Virus record (IMG/VR): IMGVR_UViG_3300027771_001853
Span: 124,001 to 188,000 of that record
DNA: 64,000 nt
Direction: 5' to 3' (one strand)
The notes beneath the pieces are model-generated. The model searched no databases. It worked only from the letters and a program-made list of their open reading frames with translations, and was not told the origin of the DNA. Within the stretch, counting starts at the first letter, position 1, and each line of letters opens with the position of its first letter. The position numbers and the translations under genes were made by a program. Shown piece after piece: positions 1-10,758 of the stretch.

Positions 1-1
1 C

Positions 2-706
2 ACTGACATTAAAGACGTTTAATTTTGACCTGTATGACGAGGAACCAATACTATAGACTGGTATCTGTGCAGGCATGTTGGTGGTAAAGGTGTATGCTCC
101 GTGAAAGTTTATTTCAACAAACTCCCCTTCATTTAATCCGTGTGGTGCACCACAATGAAATCTAATTAATTCTTTACCGTTTACACTAACATTTTCCACC
201 CTAAACGGTATACCGTCAGAAGCCAGAAAATTTAAAGTGGTATCACCAATTAAGTCACCGTCACTATCTATTTGGTAGGCCATTGGTTCGTCCGGAGCAC
301 ACGAATCTGGGTAACTCACATGGATATTCCAATTAGTTTTATCGGCAGAATACTCATCCATATCATCCCTTACTAAAGAAAATTCTTTGAATTGTGGGAA
401 TCCTGGCCATGGTGTTTGTGGTGGGTCATTATAATATAATTCTTGGAATATCGATGTTTGTGAGGGGTCTGACGTACCAGAGTAAGTATTATTTAACAAA
501 CTGTAAAATTTACCATACACTCTATAAATGCTAGTAGACTGTCTCTCAATGTAAAACCTTTGCGATTGAGCTACATCTACCGTCCTATCCCCTTGGATTA
601 ATTCCCTATATTGTGTCTCTAGTGGAGCATTAACTATAATGTTTTCATCCTGTGAACCAACATATTTCTTACTCCCTACTTGTATTTTTAATTTATTACT
701 ATTCAT
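2..706 (-). CDS. Hypothetical virion structural protein, 3'-truncated by the window edge (not in the ORF track)
   Basis: ATG at 706 overlaps the TAG of the 1144-aa gene. The frame reads MNSNKLKIQVGSKKYVGSQDENIIVNAPLETQYRELIQGDRTVDVAQSQRFYIERQSTSIYRVYGKF... towards the window start. Confidence 0.75.
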   Translation of the reverse strand, partial: MNSNKLKIQVGSKKYVGSQDENIIVNAPLETQYRELIQGDRTVDVAQSQRFYIERQSTSIYRVYGKFYSLLNNTYSGTSDPSQTSIFQELYYNDPPQTPWPGFPQFKEFSLVRDDMDEYSADKTNWNIHVSYPDSCAPDEPMAYQIDSDGDLIGDTTLNFLASDGIPFRVENVSVNGKELIRFHCGAPHGLNEGEFVEINFHGAYTFTTNMPAQIPVYSIGSSSYRSKLNVFNVS

Positions 707-3700
707 CTGTAACCGGTAAATAACGTCTTCTTAGATTATCATAAGCACTTGCACCTCTTCTTAAACCAAAATAGTATTGGTGAAAATGACTTAGTCTATA
801 TTCATTTACCGATGTGTTAGCTGTGAAACCCATATATATGGGGTCAACACCTTGAACAGCAAAATTTCCTGGTTGGCTGAAATCTCCGAATATCTGGGTC
901 ACATTCCAATTATTATCCCAATCACCATAACCTCCTGTACCTGGAAGTTTCCATTGGTAGTACGGTATAGTTTGTGATTTAAGGTACCCTTCCGGTGGGC
1001 CTAGTAAACAATCCCTTAAACTTGGGTTATTTTGTATAAGATTAAATCGTGACCTTCTTTCGGTTACGTGATTACCAGCATTACCTATTAAGTCGAAACC
1101 ATAAGGGACACCACTTGTTGTACCTATAGAGTAGAATGGGTTAGATGGGTTTTCTTGTGGGTTTTCAAATGGAGCGTTACCAAATTCACAATTTTGTGCT
1201 ATTAATTGTGTAATATCACCATCCAATAATCTATTTTTTCTATTGTTACCTGAACCACCCCATATAGGTGAAGGGCCAAACCATCTATTTATATTAGTAA
1301 ATTGTAATTGCCAAAAATCCAGTTTATTTAATTTCCAATTAAATGTATGTTCTATAATTTCAGAAAAGTCTTGGTGGCTACTCGTTCTTATTTCTTCTAA
1401 TAAATAACATTCTGTGTCCCCAGTTAAACATTCTAGACAGTCATTTGTAGCACAAAAAGTTAAAGGACCTAGTTCCACAATTGTTGTTGGGAATAATATT
1501 CTACTTTCTACTATACCACCATTGGTTTTTTGGAACCCGTCGAAAGGTCCATCTAAAGCGGTAAGTAAACTGGTTGAGGATAACATCTCTGCTGGGGTAG
1601 AACGGTAGTAATATGTCCCTCCAGATACTGGTAAAGTAGGGTCTTTCCATATTAAAGAATCACAATATTCTTCGGTTGGGAGACCGTTACTCATATACCT
1701 ATTATTTTTAAAATTAAAGTGGTATAAACTACCTCTTAACCATGTATTAGATAATGTTCCGTTTGGGACTCCTTGACATAACCCATCATAAATATTTCTT
1801 CTTACTCTCCACTCATTTATAGCAAAGAATAATCTAGTCAAATTAGTCATTAATGTTATCATCATTACAATCTTCCCAGCCATAATACCGTAATAAGCCG
1901 TTTGCCATCCAACAGCTGCGGTAAACGGAATAAAAGCTAACGCAGTACATACTACTAAGTAAGCAAACATTGTGTTAACTACACTAGAGGGACCATCACC
2001 ACACATAAAACTATAACACCCTCTAGGTTTTAAAGATTCACCAAGTACACTATTACCATACTGATTCATCCATGAACTTTGGTCATTAAACCCCCACCCT
2101 TGGTCGACGTAAGGGTCGTTGTCTCTTAAAGAAACAACACCACTACAATCTGGTGCATCAACAGTATCATCACCTGTTTCAAATGCCTCATCAGCCATTT
2201 CACCACCAGTATTGAATATGTCGGCAATTATATCTGTTAAAAACCCTACAATCCCTGGTGTTTTAAAAGTATAAAAATCACCACAACTACATGATTCACA
2301 TTCTGGGTAATTCACTAAAGGTAAGTTCCATCTAGTGTTATTTATCACAGCCTGAATCATAATAAAGTTTAAGTTATTAATAACAAATTGTAAGGCTGTC
2401 CATATAATCATTAACGCAAGATTAACGATAGAAGAAACGGCCGCAGCTAAACCTACAACTACAGTCCCAGCCGCATAACTAGCAATTTGTGATAACCCAG
2501 TTAAGATGTCATTCATGTATACCGTAAAAGCGTTATAATAAACAAAGAATACGGTGAAAAAGCTAAAAAATATTGTAACCCCTTGTGCTATGGTTTGGAA
2601 TTGGATGACTGTAAATAAGTAAGTACCACCCCTAAAAGCATCATTAGCTGGTATTTCGTTAGTTGCGTCAGTACATTTAGACTCTATAGATGGGTTTATA
2701 CTTTTTATACCTAAAAATTTCCACCTATTATAATTTCCACCCCCTCTCCATCTATCTATAAAACCACTAACGGTATATACTTTATCGGAATAAAATTCAT
2801 AAAAATAGTCTTTACCTGTAGCTACAACACCAGTTTGCCAGGCGGCGGGTGGTGAACCACAATAATCGTCTATATTATCACTAAAAGCGTAAGAACATCC
2901 GTGTACTTTAGATGATGGGTCAGCAGTTGAGCTAAGTCCCGCCACATTATATTCATGAATGTTAGGTACTAAATATTTCGCTTTTCTTTTACCCCCCACT
3001 GAAGAACTATCAAGACCAATTCTGAATCGGTATTTCCCTCTAGTTGGGATTCCTACGGAATCATCTAAGGAGATAATTTCATCACCAAATTCATTAGTTA
3101 TTATATAATCTAAGTTCATGGGTACTTGTACAGTAAATGCCCCACCACTATCTATAACTTTAGCTGTACCTTCTAAATTAAAATATTCTAAATGTGGTTT
3201 ACCGTCTTCTAACCCAGTAACTGGGTCTTTTCTATTAAAAATAGTAAATCTTACCGATTCTATAGTACCAGGTCCTGTAGTTAAAGAACACATTTCACCT
3301 TGATACCTACTTACTGCACCATTTACGTTTACAGAAGCAGCATTATCATCACTAAATATGGCCCCCATCAAAGTAGATGTAGGTTGTATTTCAACCCCAG
3401 AATCTCTTAAGTCAAAATCAACTCTAGTAATCCCTATATTACATAAATCTTTACTACCCCAAAACGGTGTAATTTCAATAGATTTTTCTTGTATAATAAC
3501 TTGTGGTAAAGTATCTAGGTTTGACGATGCCTTAAACTCCGAATAACTTTTAAATTTATCTGGAGACACTCCTTTTACGATAAAATCGATAGGTTTCATT
3601 GAATGACACCCTATATCACCCACATCCACAGAAAGATGTATTTTTTGTACACCAAGTGGGAGGCCCCATATCATGTAATCACCACTTTTATTTGTTTTAA

Positions 3701-4133
3701 CGGTAAACTTGTAGTATTTGTCATACACCTCTAATAATAGAGGGTCTAGTAAGAACTGTTCTTCTGTTGGTAGGCTTCCTGTTGGTGTATGGCAATTACC
3801 TTGTTTAGCTGAACTAAGTAAGTTATATCTATAACCTAAACCATTCTTATCTGTAGTCTCTTTGTAAGGGTATAATTCTGCAATTAGTGGGTCTGCAGTG
3901 TCTATATCCGATAAAGGGATAAAAATAGCTACTTTAGCGTTTGGGATACCGTACCCACCATTTGCGAGTACCCTACCAACTACAACACCAAAATCAGCAC
4001 ATAGTCTTGAGTATACCTCAGACTGTGTTAGTTTAAGACTTAGAATTTCTAATAAATCAAAATCTTGCTCTAATGTAACATTTATATTTTGGTCAACACC
4101 AGGTGTTGTTCTAATTCTATGGCTTTTCTGCAT
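699..4133 (-). CDS. Large baseplate-associated structural protein with central hydrophobic (membrane-like) helices
   Basis: 1144-aa ORF directly downstream of the gp6-like wedge. Beta-rich N-terminus (GVVVGRVLANGGYGIPNAKVAIFIP), long hydrophobic stretches at about aa 500-600 and 720-770, TATTTAT motif upstream. Confidence 0.55.
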   Translation of the reverse strand: MQKSHRIRTTPGVDQNINVTLEQDFDLLEILSLKLTQSEVYSRLCADFGVVVGRVLANGGYGIPNAKVAIFIPLSDIDTADPLIAELYPYKETTDKNGLGYRYNLLSSAKQGNCHTPTGSLPTEEQFLLDPLLLEVYDKYYKFTVKTNKSGDYMIWGLPLGVQKIHLSVDVGDIGCHSMKPIDFIVKGVSPDKFKSYSEFKASSNLDTLPQVIIQEKSIEITPFWGSKDLCNIGITRVDFDLRDSGVEIQPTSTLMGAIFSDDNAASVNVNGAVSRYQGEMCSLTTGPGTIESVRFTIFNRKDPVTGLEDGKPHLEYFNLEGTAKVIDSGGAFTVQVPMNLDYIITNEFGDEIISLDDSVGIPTRGKYRFRIGLDSSSVGGKRKAKYLVPNIHEYNVAGLSSTADPSSKVHGCSYAFSDNIDDYCGSPPAAWQTGVVATGKDYFYEFYSDKVYTVSGFIDRWRGGGNYNRWKFLGIKSINPSIESKCTDATNEIPANDAFRGGTYLFTVIQFQTIAQGVTIFFSFFTVFFVYYNAFTVYMNDILTGLSQIASYAAGTVVVGLAAAVSSIVNLALMIIWTALQFVINNLNFIMIQAVINNTRWNLPLVNYPECESCSCGDFYTFKTPGIVGFLTDIIADIFNTGGEMADEAFETGDDTVDAPDCSGVVSLRDNDPYVDQGWGFNDQSSWMNQYGNSVLGESLKPRGCYSFMCGDGPSSVVNTMFAYLVVCTALAFIPFTAAVGWQTAYYGIMAGKIVMMITLMTNLTRLFFAINEWRVRRNIYDGLCQGVPNGTLSNTWLRGSLYHFNFKNNRYMSNGLPTEEYCDSLIWKDPTLPVSGGTYYYRSTPAEMLSSTSLLTALDGPFDGFQKTNGGIVESRILFPTTIVELGPLTFCATNDCLECLTGDTECYLLEEIRTSSHQDFSEIIEHTFNWKLNKLDFWQLQFTNINRWFGPSPIWGGSGNNRKNRLLDGDITQLIAQNCEFGNAPFENPQENPSNPFYSIGTTSGVPYGFDLIGNAGNHVTERRSRFNLIQNNPSLRDCLLGPPEGYLKSQTIPYYQWKLPGTGGYGDWDNNWNVTQIFGDFSQPGNFAVQGVDPIYMGFTANTSVNEYRLSHFHQYYFGLRRGASAYDNLRRRYLPVTDE

Positions 4134-4207
4134 ACAAAGTCTTTCCTGATAAATAGTTTATGTCTTAGAATCAAAATTAAATTAAAGCCTACCTATGTAA
4201 ACTATTA

Positions 4208-6049
4208 TTACGATATATTAGTTTGGTCGGCGTTTTTTAATCTAACTACTATGTCTTTGTCTGGATATCTAACTTGGAAAGTTTGATTTGGTTGGGCAAA
4301 TATGGTCTGGTCTATTAAACTAATTTGTCTAGTTGTCGCATTAGAGTAAGGTTGTGAGACTTGTCCATCCGAATATTGACCACCTAATTCATTATATAAT
4401 TCTATTTCAATTATATTAATTACCCCATCTAATTGTGCCAATTCTTTACTTAATTCACCAAGAAAAATGTCTTGACCTAACTCTCTTTTACTCGGTACAA
4501 AGAAATCCGCTGTAGTATTAATCACATTAGTCACTATTTGACCTTGGTTAAACCCTTTATCTGTGTATAAGTAAATTTCTAACCTTAGGTCTATAACTTC
4601 AGCAGAACCCACAGATATATAATCGTTTAACATCCTATAATCAGATAAATAATTAGCTACGTTTTGAGATAGGACACTGGGAACACTAGAAGTTAGTGCC
4701 CCTTCTGGAGTATAAGATAATAACTTAACCAATACTTTATTTTCTTCCTCTACAACCCCCACCTTTGCTGGAGCTCCGAATTCACTAGGCATTTTTCTTA
4801 TCTGGGCGATGTAATCATTAATTGTTACTGCTCTATTTTGTGCTGCAAAATTAAAGGAAACATAATTTCTAACTTCTTCTATGGAAGGCATACTAGCTCC
4901 ACCAATAGCTGCTGTTATATTCGTTACCTTTAAGGAGTTATCTACTGAGTTATTGATATTACCGTTAGGACCATTTAATGAAAAATTATACAACCCTAAT
5001 GTATTAATAACGTTATTACCTAAATTAGTGTTTTTTCCACCACCTACCCTATATTGTATAAAAAGGGTGGTATTAGCTTTAGGTGCTAACCCTAAAGATA
5101 GGTTGTCCATGTATTTGTTTAAATCTAGGTTATAACCAGTCTGATTCATAAAATCATCTAGCGTTGATTGGTTAGAGGATAATCCACCACCAAAAGTTAA
5201 GTAGAAAAAACCTTCTGGTGTATATTCTGTCATATAACGATTATCGGTGGTTATATATTTCCCTACCTTTATACCCGCTTTACCCGTAGGTTTAGTGGAA
5301 TCAACTATAAAAACTTTATCATCTACTAACGCATCCACTTTATACCATTTATTAGGTGATGATATAAATTCACTTGGGTTTGGTAGTGCTTGGACATTAT
5401 TACCGTCTTTTTGTATCACACTAACAACACCAAGAACATTTCTTTCTGGTAAATAAACTTTTAAAAACGGTTTAACGTCAGTATCGGTAATTACCCTTTT
5501 AAATACCTTTGTAACACCATTTACCACAACTTCTCTCTTAGTTAAGGTATAATCTACAATATTCCCGTTTGAGTCGAAATTGGGGACTTTTGTTCTGTTT
5601 GGGAACCCACTTGAGTCGTATGGTGAAGCAAAATTAACATCACTTGCTGTTTCAAAAACCTGTCCAGCCCCCTTACATTGTGCACCTCTTTGTAGGGTAC
5701 CCAAATACCTTGCATCTTCTTTATCACCCCTTACTGGGACATTTATACTAAAGTCCACTACCGACACTGAAGGTCGATTACCTGGTATTTTTAAACCGTA
5801 GGTTCTTGCTATATTATAAAGAGAACTTCTTTCTTGAGCAAATTGTAGAACGGTTTCTTGGACACTTCTATCGATATGATAATGTAAGTTATCCGCTACC
5901 GCAGCATTTAAATCTAAAAATACAGAAAATAATGAAGCGTCGTTAGCGTTTTGAATTAAATCAGGGTAATAGTCGTTTGTGTACCTTAATAGTTCGTTCC
6001 TTAACCCTAAAAAATCTCTTTCAGTGTATGATATTTTTTTCTCTGCCAT
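4208..6049 (-). CDS. Baseplate wedge subunit (T4 gp6 / baseplate J-like)
   Basis: N-terminal YTERDFLGLRNEL...YPD, then YRVGGG and FAAQNRAVTINDY, typical of gp6-like wedges. Adjacent to the gp25-like gene. Confidence 0.85.
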   Translation of the reverse strand: MAEKKISYTERDFLGLRNELLRYTNDYYPDLIQNANDASLFSVFLDLNAAVADNLHYHIDRSVQETVLQFAQERSSLYNIARTYGLKIPGNRPSVSVVDFSINVPVRGDKEDARYLGTLQRGAQCKGAGQVFETASDVNFASPYDSSGFPNRTKVPNFDSNGNIVDYTLTKREVVVNGVTKVFKRVITDTDVKPFLKVYLPERNVLGVVSVIQKDGNNVQALPNPSEFISSPNKWYKVDALVDDKVFIVDSTKPTGKAGIKVGKYITTDNRYMTEYTPEGFFYLTFGGGLSSNQSTLDDFMNQTGYNLDLNKYMDNLSLGLAPKANTTLFIQYRVGGGKNTNLGNNVINTLGLYNFSLNGPNGNINNSVDNSLKVTNITAAIGGASMPSIEEVRNYVSFNFAAQNRAVTINDYIAQIRKMPSEFGAPAKVGVVEEENKVLVKLLSYTPEGALTSSVPSVLSQNVANYLSDYRMLNDYISVGSAEVIDLRLEIYLYTDKGFNQGQIVTNVINTTADFFVPSKRELGQDIFLGELSKELAQLDGVINIIEIELYNELGGQYSDGQVSQPYSNATTRQISLIDQTIFAQPNQTFQVRYPDKDIVVRLKNADQTNIS

Positions 6050-6050
6050 C

Positions 6051-6509
6051 TTATAAATTTATTATTATGAAATCTCTGGTTTCAAATGCACTCTCTGTTA
6101 TTGTAAACTCTATTAATACCTTCGCGGTGTATTCATCAGTACCAGCACCAGCTACCCTATACACCCTATCATCGTTAGTTGTAACTAAAGTCCCTTCAGT
6201 ATCTTCCGCTTCCGCTGCGTGAGTAATTGTTATTTTATCTATTTTTAAATTAGGGATGTATTTTTGAACAGAATCTCTAATTTCAGCTTCTATAGCATCA
6301 AAGGTACGACCATCCATAGGTTCAAAAATGAATTGGTATAGCCTTGTACCAAAATCAGGAAGAAAATACCTTGTACCTTTTCTAGTTAACAATAAATGTA
6401 TAAAATCAGCTCGTATTTCTGCCGCTGGAGATTCTGTCATATCCATATAGTACCCCTTCGCACTATCACGAAAAGGAAAATTTATACCAAATGTACCGTT
6501 AGTTGCCAT
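6051..6509 (-). CDS. Baseplate wedge / sheath initiator, gp25 (GPW_gp25) family
   Basis: GINFPF...LLLTRKGTRYFLPDFGTRLYQFIFEP signature. Confidence 0.9.
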   Translation of the reverse strand: MATNGTFGINFPFRDSAKGYYMDMTESPAAEIRADFIHLLLTRKGTRYFLPDFGTRLYQFIFEPMDGRTFDAIEAEIRDSVQKYIPNLKIDKITITHAAEAEDTEGTLVTTNDDRVYRVAGAGTDEYTAKVLIEFTITESAFETRDFIIINL

Positions 6510-6522
6510 AGTTTATTTTATT

Positions 6523-6529
6523 ATAAATA
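6523..6529 (-). promoter_or_regulatory. TATTTAT putative late promoter motif (representative copy)
   Basis: Same motif on the coding strand at 4149, 6523, 10263, 14779, 26717, 28881, 30393, 31123, 33818, 37310, 39203, 52674, 55636, 57598 and 63557 (minus strand) and 41001 (plus strand), 5-39 nt before start codons. Confidence 0.75.
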
Positions 6530-6539
6530 CCTTAAAGGT

Positions 6540-6770
6540 TTATTCTTTATCTTTATAAGTTCCTATACCTTCCCTTAATTGTGTATTCATTTTTTGGTTG
6601 GGTGGTGAAAAAGGACAATGTCTACACCCACTACCACAACAAGTACCTCTTTTCACATGGTATTGTTCCGTCATTATAACATCTCCGTTTTCTAAATAAT
6701 AATCTTTTTTTGTTTCTAGAAAACAAAACTGGTGATATGAATTTGTTATCAAATCGTCACTTCTTTTCAT
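6540..6770 (-). CDS. Small Cys-rich protein, DUF5522-like
   Basis: DYYLENG...TEQYHVKRGTCCGSGCRHCPF motif. Confidence 0.7.
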   Translation of the reverse strand: MKRSDDLITNSYHQFCFLETKKDYYLENGDVIMTEQYHVKRGTCCGSGCRHCPFSPPNQKMNTQLREGIGTYKDKE

Positions 6771-6972
6771 CTTTTATCTCCTTTATTCCTTCTTTGTACC
6801 CACAATGAGGACATATTAATAAATTAGGTACCTTTTCTTTGTTTTTTGGTACGTCTTTAGAAAAGAAATGGTAGTCAGCTATTGACCACCATTTACTACA
6901 TTCACCACAGTTAAAGTGATATAATGTTTCTTTACTATATTTGTGTTTCACCAATTTCTTTTGTAGAACCAT
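6757..6972 (-). CDS. Small zinc-ribbon protein
   Basis: CGEC...CPHC pairs. Overlaps both neighbours in an operon-like arrangement. Confidence 0.6.
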   Translation of the reverse strand: MVLQKKLVKHKYSKETLYHFNCGECSKWWSIADYHFFSKDVPKNKEKVPNLLICPHCGYKEGIKEIKDEKK

Positions 6973-8854
6973 CTTTACTCAATTCTTTTAAATCAACATC
7001 AATTTCACAACTACCACCTGCACAAGCTAATTCACCAGATAAATCAGTATTATCGTCTAATTCAACAACTCTAGATAAATCTATATCAATTAATGTTTTC
7101 AACATCTCTTTATATTTCTCTTCGGTTATATCTTCGAATGGTGCTTGTATATAAGAACCTCCATCATAAGGTAATACCGATAAACCATTGTAGTGTTTTC
7201 TATTGGCCCACATCCATTCTCCTGCCAAATCCCATTCGTCTTCCTTTAATGATATGGTAGCCGATACATTGTGAGAATTAGAACCTTTTCTATGTCCTGA
7301 CCTTACCCATTCAGTAGCGACTTTTTTTACTCTTTCTAATAAATCAAATGGTGATTCAGTTCTTAGTATGGAATTTTTTGGTGCTTTTTGTGGTATACTA
7401 ATGACTGCTGTGTCATGTGGTCTAAAGTAATCATCCTCTAGAAGTTCTGGGTGATTAATGTTTAAGTAAGAATAAATAGCTTCATTTTTACCCACCCTAA
7501 CTCTTCGAATATAATGTTCGTTATGCCATGCATGAATACCAGATGATGTACCTAATGTTAATGATGTTGTTCCTGCAGGTTTAACTGTTGTGGTTCTTGC
7601 TGCCTGATTTATCCCTAATAACTTAGACACTCTTGTGTTTTCTCTCTTAACCAAACTTGCGGCTTTTTTCATATCATACTTTAATACTTTACCAGAACCA
7701 ATACCCGTCATTGATACACCAATTAAAGCCTCTTTTTCTGTTGTTTCTCTCCACACGTCTCTTAGATAATGAAATTCAGTATACCCTGCTTGTAGTGTAC
7801 CGATAAATGCTGCTGTTTTTACTCTCTCATTTAGGTCTTCTTGGGATTCAATATTTGAGACATTAACTTCACATAGGTTACAGAATTGGTATGGTCTTAA
7901 GGCAATTTCACAACATGGGTTTGTTCCCCAATCTTTGTCATTGTTTAAATAAATTCCAGGTTCCCCTGCTCCAGATAATTCAACCCTCTTCCATAACTCC
8001 ATAAAGAATTCTTTAGTGATTTTATGTCTCATTAAACAAGCTGAGTTGTTTGCTCTACCTCTTTGTGGGTTAAGTTCCCACCAATTACCTGATTTACAAC
8101 CAATCATTGAGTCGTCATCAGCTGAGAATAAACTAATTAGTGCGGCTCTCCTAATACCACCAGCTAATACAGCATCTGCTATATAACAAATAATGTCATG
8201 AACTTCTAATGTAGATAACCTATCCCCATTTTCTTTTTGGGATAGTGTACCTTCAATCTTAACCAGACATTCTTTTAGTGGTTGTGGTCCTGGTGCTTTA
8301 CCTCCTGAGGTAATTAATCTAGCTCCTTTTGGTCTTACGTCCGAATAATCAAATTCTATTTTACTACCACCACCATTCATATATGATTTCATTAAAACTT
8401 TAATTGCGTCTGCCCACCCTTCAATAGAGTCCCCAATCAAAAATCTTCTTTTTTTCTTTGGGTACGGTTTTTGAATTACTGGTAATTTTAATACGTGATG
8501 TCTTTGTACTGAATAACCTACCCCTGTACCACCTAACAATAAGAACATTGTTTCTGAAAATGAATCCACGTGGTCTATAGGTAGATAAGCACAGTTATAA
8601 ATTCTGTTTGGGGATATCTCAATTGGTTTACCACCGAATTGCATACTCCTCATTGATGGTAGAACTTTTTTATTATATACCAATTTATATTTTTCTTCGA
8701 TATCATCCACTAGGTGTGGGTATCTTTTTATATGCATATTTTTATTACGTGTTACCAATTCTTCCCATGTCTCTCTTCTATTTAACTCCGGGATGTACTT
8801 CGCATACTTCATATAAACAGTGATGTCTGATAAAATTTTATTTGATACTTCCAT
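6935..8854 (-). CDS. nrdJ: Class II (adenosylcobalamin-dependent) monomeric-type ribonucleotide reductase
   Basis: KYAKY...RRETWEE, YNCAY, GGIRRAALI, TNPCCEI (radical Cys), FCNLCE, TTVKPAGT and C-terminal LACAGGSCEI. No beta-subunit gene alongside. Confidence 0.9.
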   Translation of the reverse strand: MEVSNKILSDITVYMKYAKYIPELNRRETWEELVTRNKNMHIKRYPHLVDDIEEKYKLVYNKKVLPSMRSMQFGGKPIEISPNRIYNCAYLPIDHVDSFSETMFLLLGGTGVGYSVQRHHVLKLPVIQKPYPKKKRRFLIGDSIEGWADAIKVLMKSYMNGGGSKIEFDYSDVRPKGARLITSGGKAPGPQPLKECLVKIEGTLSQKENGDRLSTLEVHDIICYIADAVLAGGIRRAALISLFSADDDSMIGCKSGNWWELNPQRGRANNSACLMRHKITKEFFMELWKRVELSGAGEPGIYLNNDKDWGTNPCCEIALRPYQFCNLCEVNVSNIESQEDLNERVKTAAFIGTLQAGYTEFHYLRDVWRETTEKEALIGVSMTGIGSGKVLKYDMKKAASLVKRENTRVSKLLGINQAARTTTVKPAGTTSLTLGTSSGIHAWHNEHYIRRVRVGKNEAIYSYLNINHPELLEDDYFRPHDTAVISIPQKAPKNSILRTESPFDLLERVKKVATEWVRSGHRKGSNSHNVSATISLKEDEWDLAGEWMWANRKHYNGLSVLPYDGGSYIQAPFEDITEEKYKEMLKTLIDIDLSRVVELDDNTDLSGELACAGGSCEIDVDLKELSKDGSTKEIGETQI

Positions 8855-8859
8855 ATATT

Positions 8860-10248
8860 TTAACTTTTATTTTTATTAATTATTTGTTCTCTTCTCTGTA
8901 GAGCCTGAGAGACCCTATCTCTATTTCTTTGTTCCTTATCCTCTTCTACACCTAGGAAAGTTTGTGATTGTGCGGTATCTATTTCCAAAAACTCGTTATC
9001 AAACTTACAGTTTTCAAATACGATACCGTCTTGACCTATCCTTGACTTAGTTATTGCAATAGTCGCTAACCCTAATTCTTTTTGTTGTAATGTCTTAGCA
9101 ATAGATATGATTACGTGACCAACTTGTGCTTTTTTTATCGACCCACCCATCATATCTGTCGTTACAACATCAGAACCTATAGAAGTTCTATTTCCTTGTG
9201 CTGCTGTCCAACCCACCATATCCATTTCTGTGCACATAGTTTCGAACTGTCTCATAACTGCCCCCTCACCTTTCCATTCATTTTCAAAACTTTTACTAGG
9301 TATAACACAATCTATATAATCTAAAACTATCACATCAAATTTATTACCTTCTGATACTAATTTTCTTATTTTATTTTTTATGTTATTCATTGTAATACTA
9401 TCTGATGGTAATTTTTCCAATATTAACCTACCTTTTGTCCTACTTTTATCTAATAGTTCTAAAACCTCTTCTTTTTTTGCTGATTGTTGTTTTGATGGTA
9501 TTTTCGTCCAACAAGTTATATGTTTACGTTGTATAATTTTAGGGTTATCTTCAAAAAATATTTGTAATACATTATACCCAGCATTATAAGCTTCATTAGC
9601 TATTTTAGTTAACATTGTTGTTTTACCAACCCCGGTTGGTGCTAAAAAAACACCTATTTCACCTTTAGCTAAACCACCATCTAATAAATTATCTATACCA
9701 GTTATTCCTGTCGGTACTGGGTGTCTAAAATCTTCTTGTAGTGCCTCATCTAACTTAGAAAACACATCCATAGCTCCTTCACCATCCTCACCTACCTGAA
9801 TGGCATCCCTTATATACTCTTCACATTTATCATAGGATTCGAAATCCCCCTTCTCTAAAATTTTATTAACTTTTTTAATAGCTTTTTTTAATTCTTGTTG
9901 TTTACAGAATTTAAGAGATTTTTCTTGTACCCATAAATGGTCTTCATATGATATTTTTTTAATTTCCACCAACATATCAAATATATTTCTTTGTGCCATT
10001 TCAGAAGTCACTTCTATTCTAGTGATTTGGTCTAAAGCCTCGAAAGAAGGTGTGGTTTGATACTTCTCATAGTATTCTTTTACCATCTGCATAATCAATC
10101 TATAATATTGATTATCAAAATAGCGAGAATCTATAACATCGAGAATTATCGCTGCAAATTTTTTGTCGGTTATTATTTGATTAATTAGTTTGAGTTGGAA
10201 GTTATTTCCTAGGTATCCAAAATTTTCATTAGTAGTAGTCATGTGCAT
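8860..10248 (-). CDS. Replicative DnaB-like (T4 gp41-like) helicase
   Basis: Walker A APTGVGKT, VIVLDYID, WTAAQGNR and KSRIG. Confidence 0.9.
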   Translation of the reverse strand: MHMTTTNENFGYLGNNFQLKLINQIITDKKFAAIILDVIDSRYFDNQYYRLIMQMVKEYYEKYQTTPSFEALDQITRIEVTSEMAQRNIFDMLVEIKKISYEDHLWVQEKSLKFCKQQELKKAIKKVNKILEKGDFESYDKCEEYIRDAIQVGEDGEGAMDVFSKLDEALQEDFRHPVPTGITGIDNLLDGGLAKGEIGVFLAPTGVGKTTMLTKIANEAYNAGYNVLQIFFEDNPKIIQRKHITCWTKIPSKQQSAKKEEVLELLDKSRTKGRLILEKLPSDSITMNNIKNKIRKLVSEGNKFDVIVLDYIDCVIPSKSFENEWKGEGAVMRQFETMCTEMDMVGWTAAQGNRTSIGSDVVTTDMMGGSIKKAQVGHVIISIAKTLQQKELGLATIAITKSRIGQDGIVFENCKFDNEFLEIDTAQSQTFLGVEEDKEQRNRDRVSQALQRREQIINKNKS

Positions 10249-10291
10249 CTTTTAGTGTAACAATAAATAGTTTTAGTATGTGTATTCTCTG

Positions 10292-10750
10292 CTAATAATA
10301 GCTAAGTTGTTTACGTGACAAAGTGTCCGATAACTCATTCAAGATTCTAGGTATGATAGGTCTAATGTCCACAGTATATCTTACCTTGGGTGGGTATATC
10401 CCTGCAGGTAAAATTCTGTGGTATACCTCGTTTCCATTTAGCTTTAAAATAAGATGAAATTTTTCATCCCATAATGTAGGTTTATCAACAATAGTCAGTT
10501 TGTCATCAGATTCTTTCTTAAACCGATAAGGGTTATATTCGTCATAAAGTCTGTCAATAGACTTATTTATGAGCTCTTCTTCTAGCCCGCTTGATATGTC
10601 ACACATGGTATCATGCACATCAATACTGTCCATTGTTTTTGAGTTATATTTCCTAACATTGAAGTATCTTTGACAAATAATGTTGTCGTCAATGGTTAAT
10701 AGAAACTCAAATTTTGTTATATCTTTTAAATTATCATTCTTAATTTTCAT
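10292..10750 (-). CDS. Hypothetical protein in the replication operon
   Basis: 152-aa ORF tightly packed between the exonuclease and the helicase. No family recognised. Confidence 0.75.
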   Translation of the reverse strand: MKIKNDNLKDITKFEFLLTIDDNIICQRYFNVRKYNSKTMDSIDVHDTMCDISSGLEEELINKSIDRLYDEYNPYRFKKESDDKLTIVDKPTLWDEKFHLILKLNGNEVYHRILPAGIYPPKVRYTVDIRPIIPRILNELSDTLSRKQLSYY

Positions 10751-10758
10751 AGCATTGT

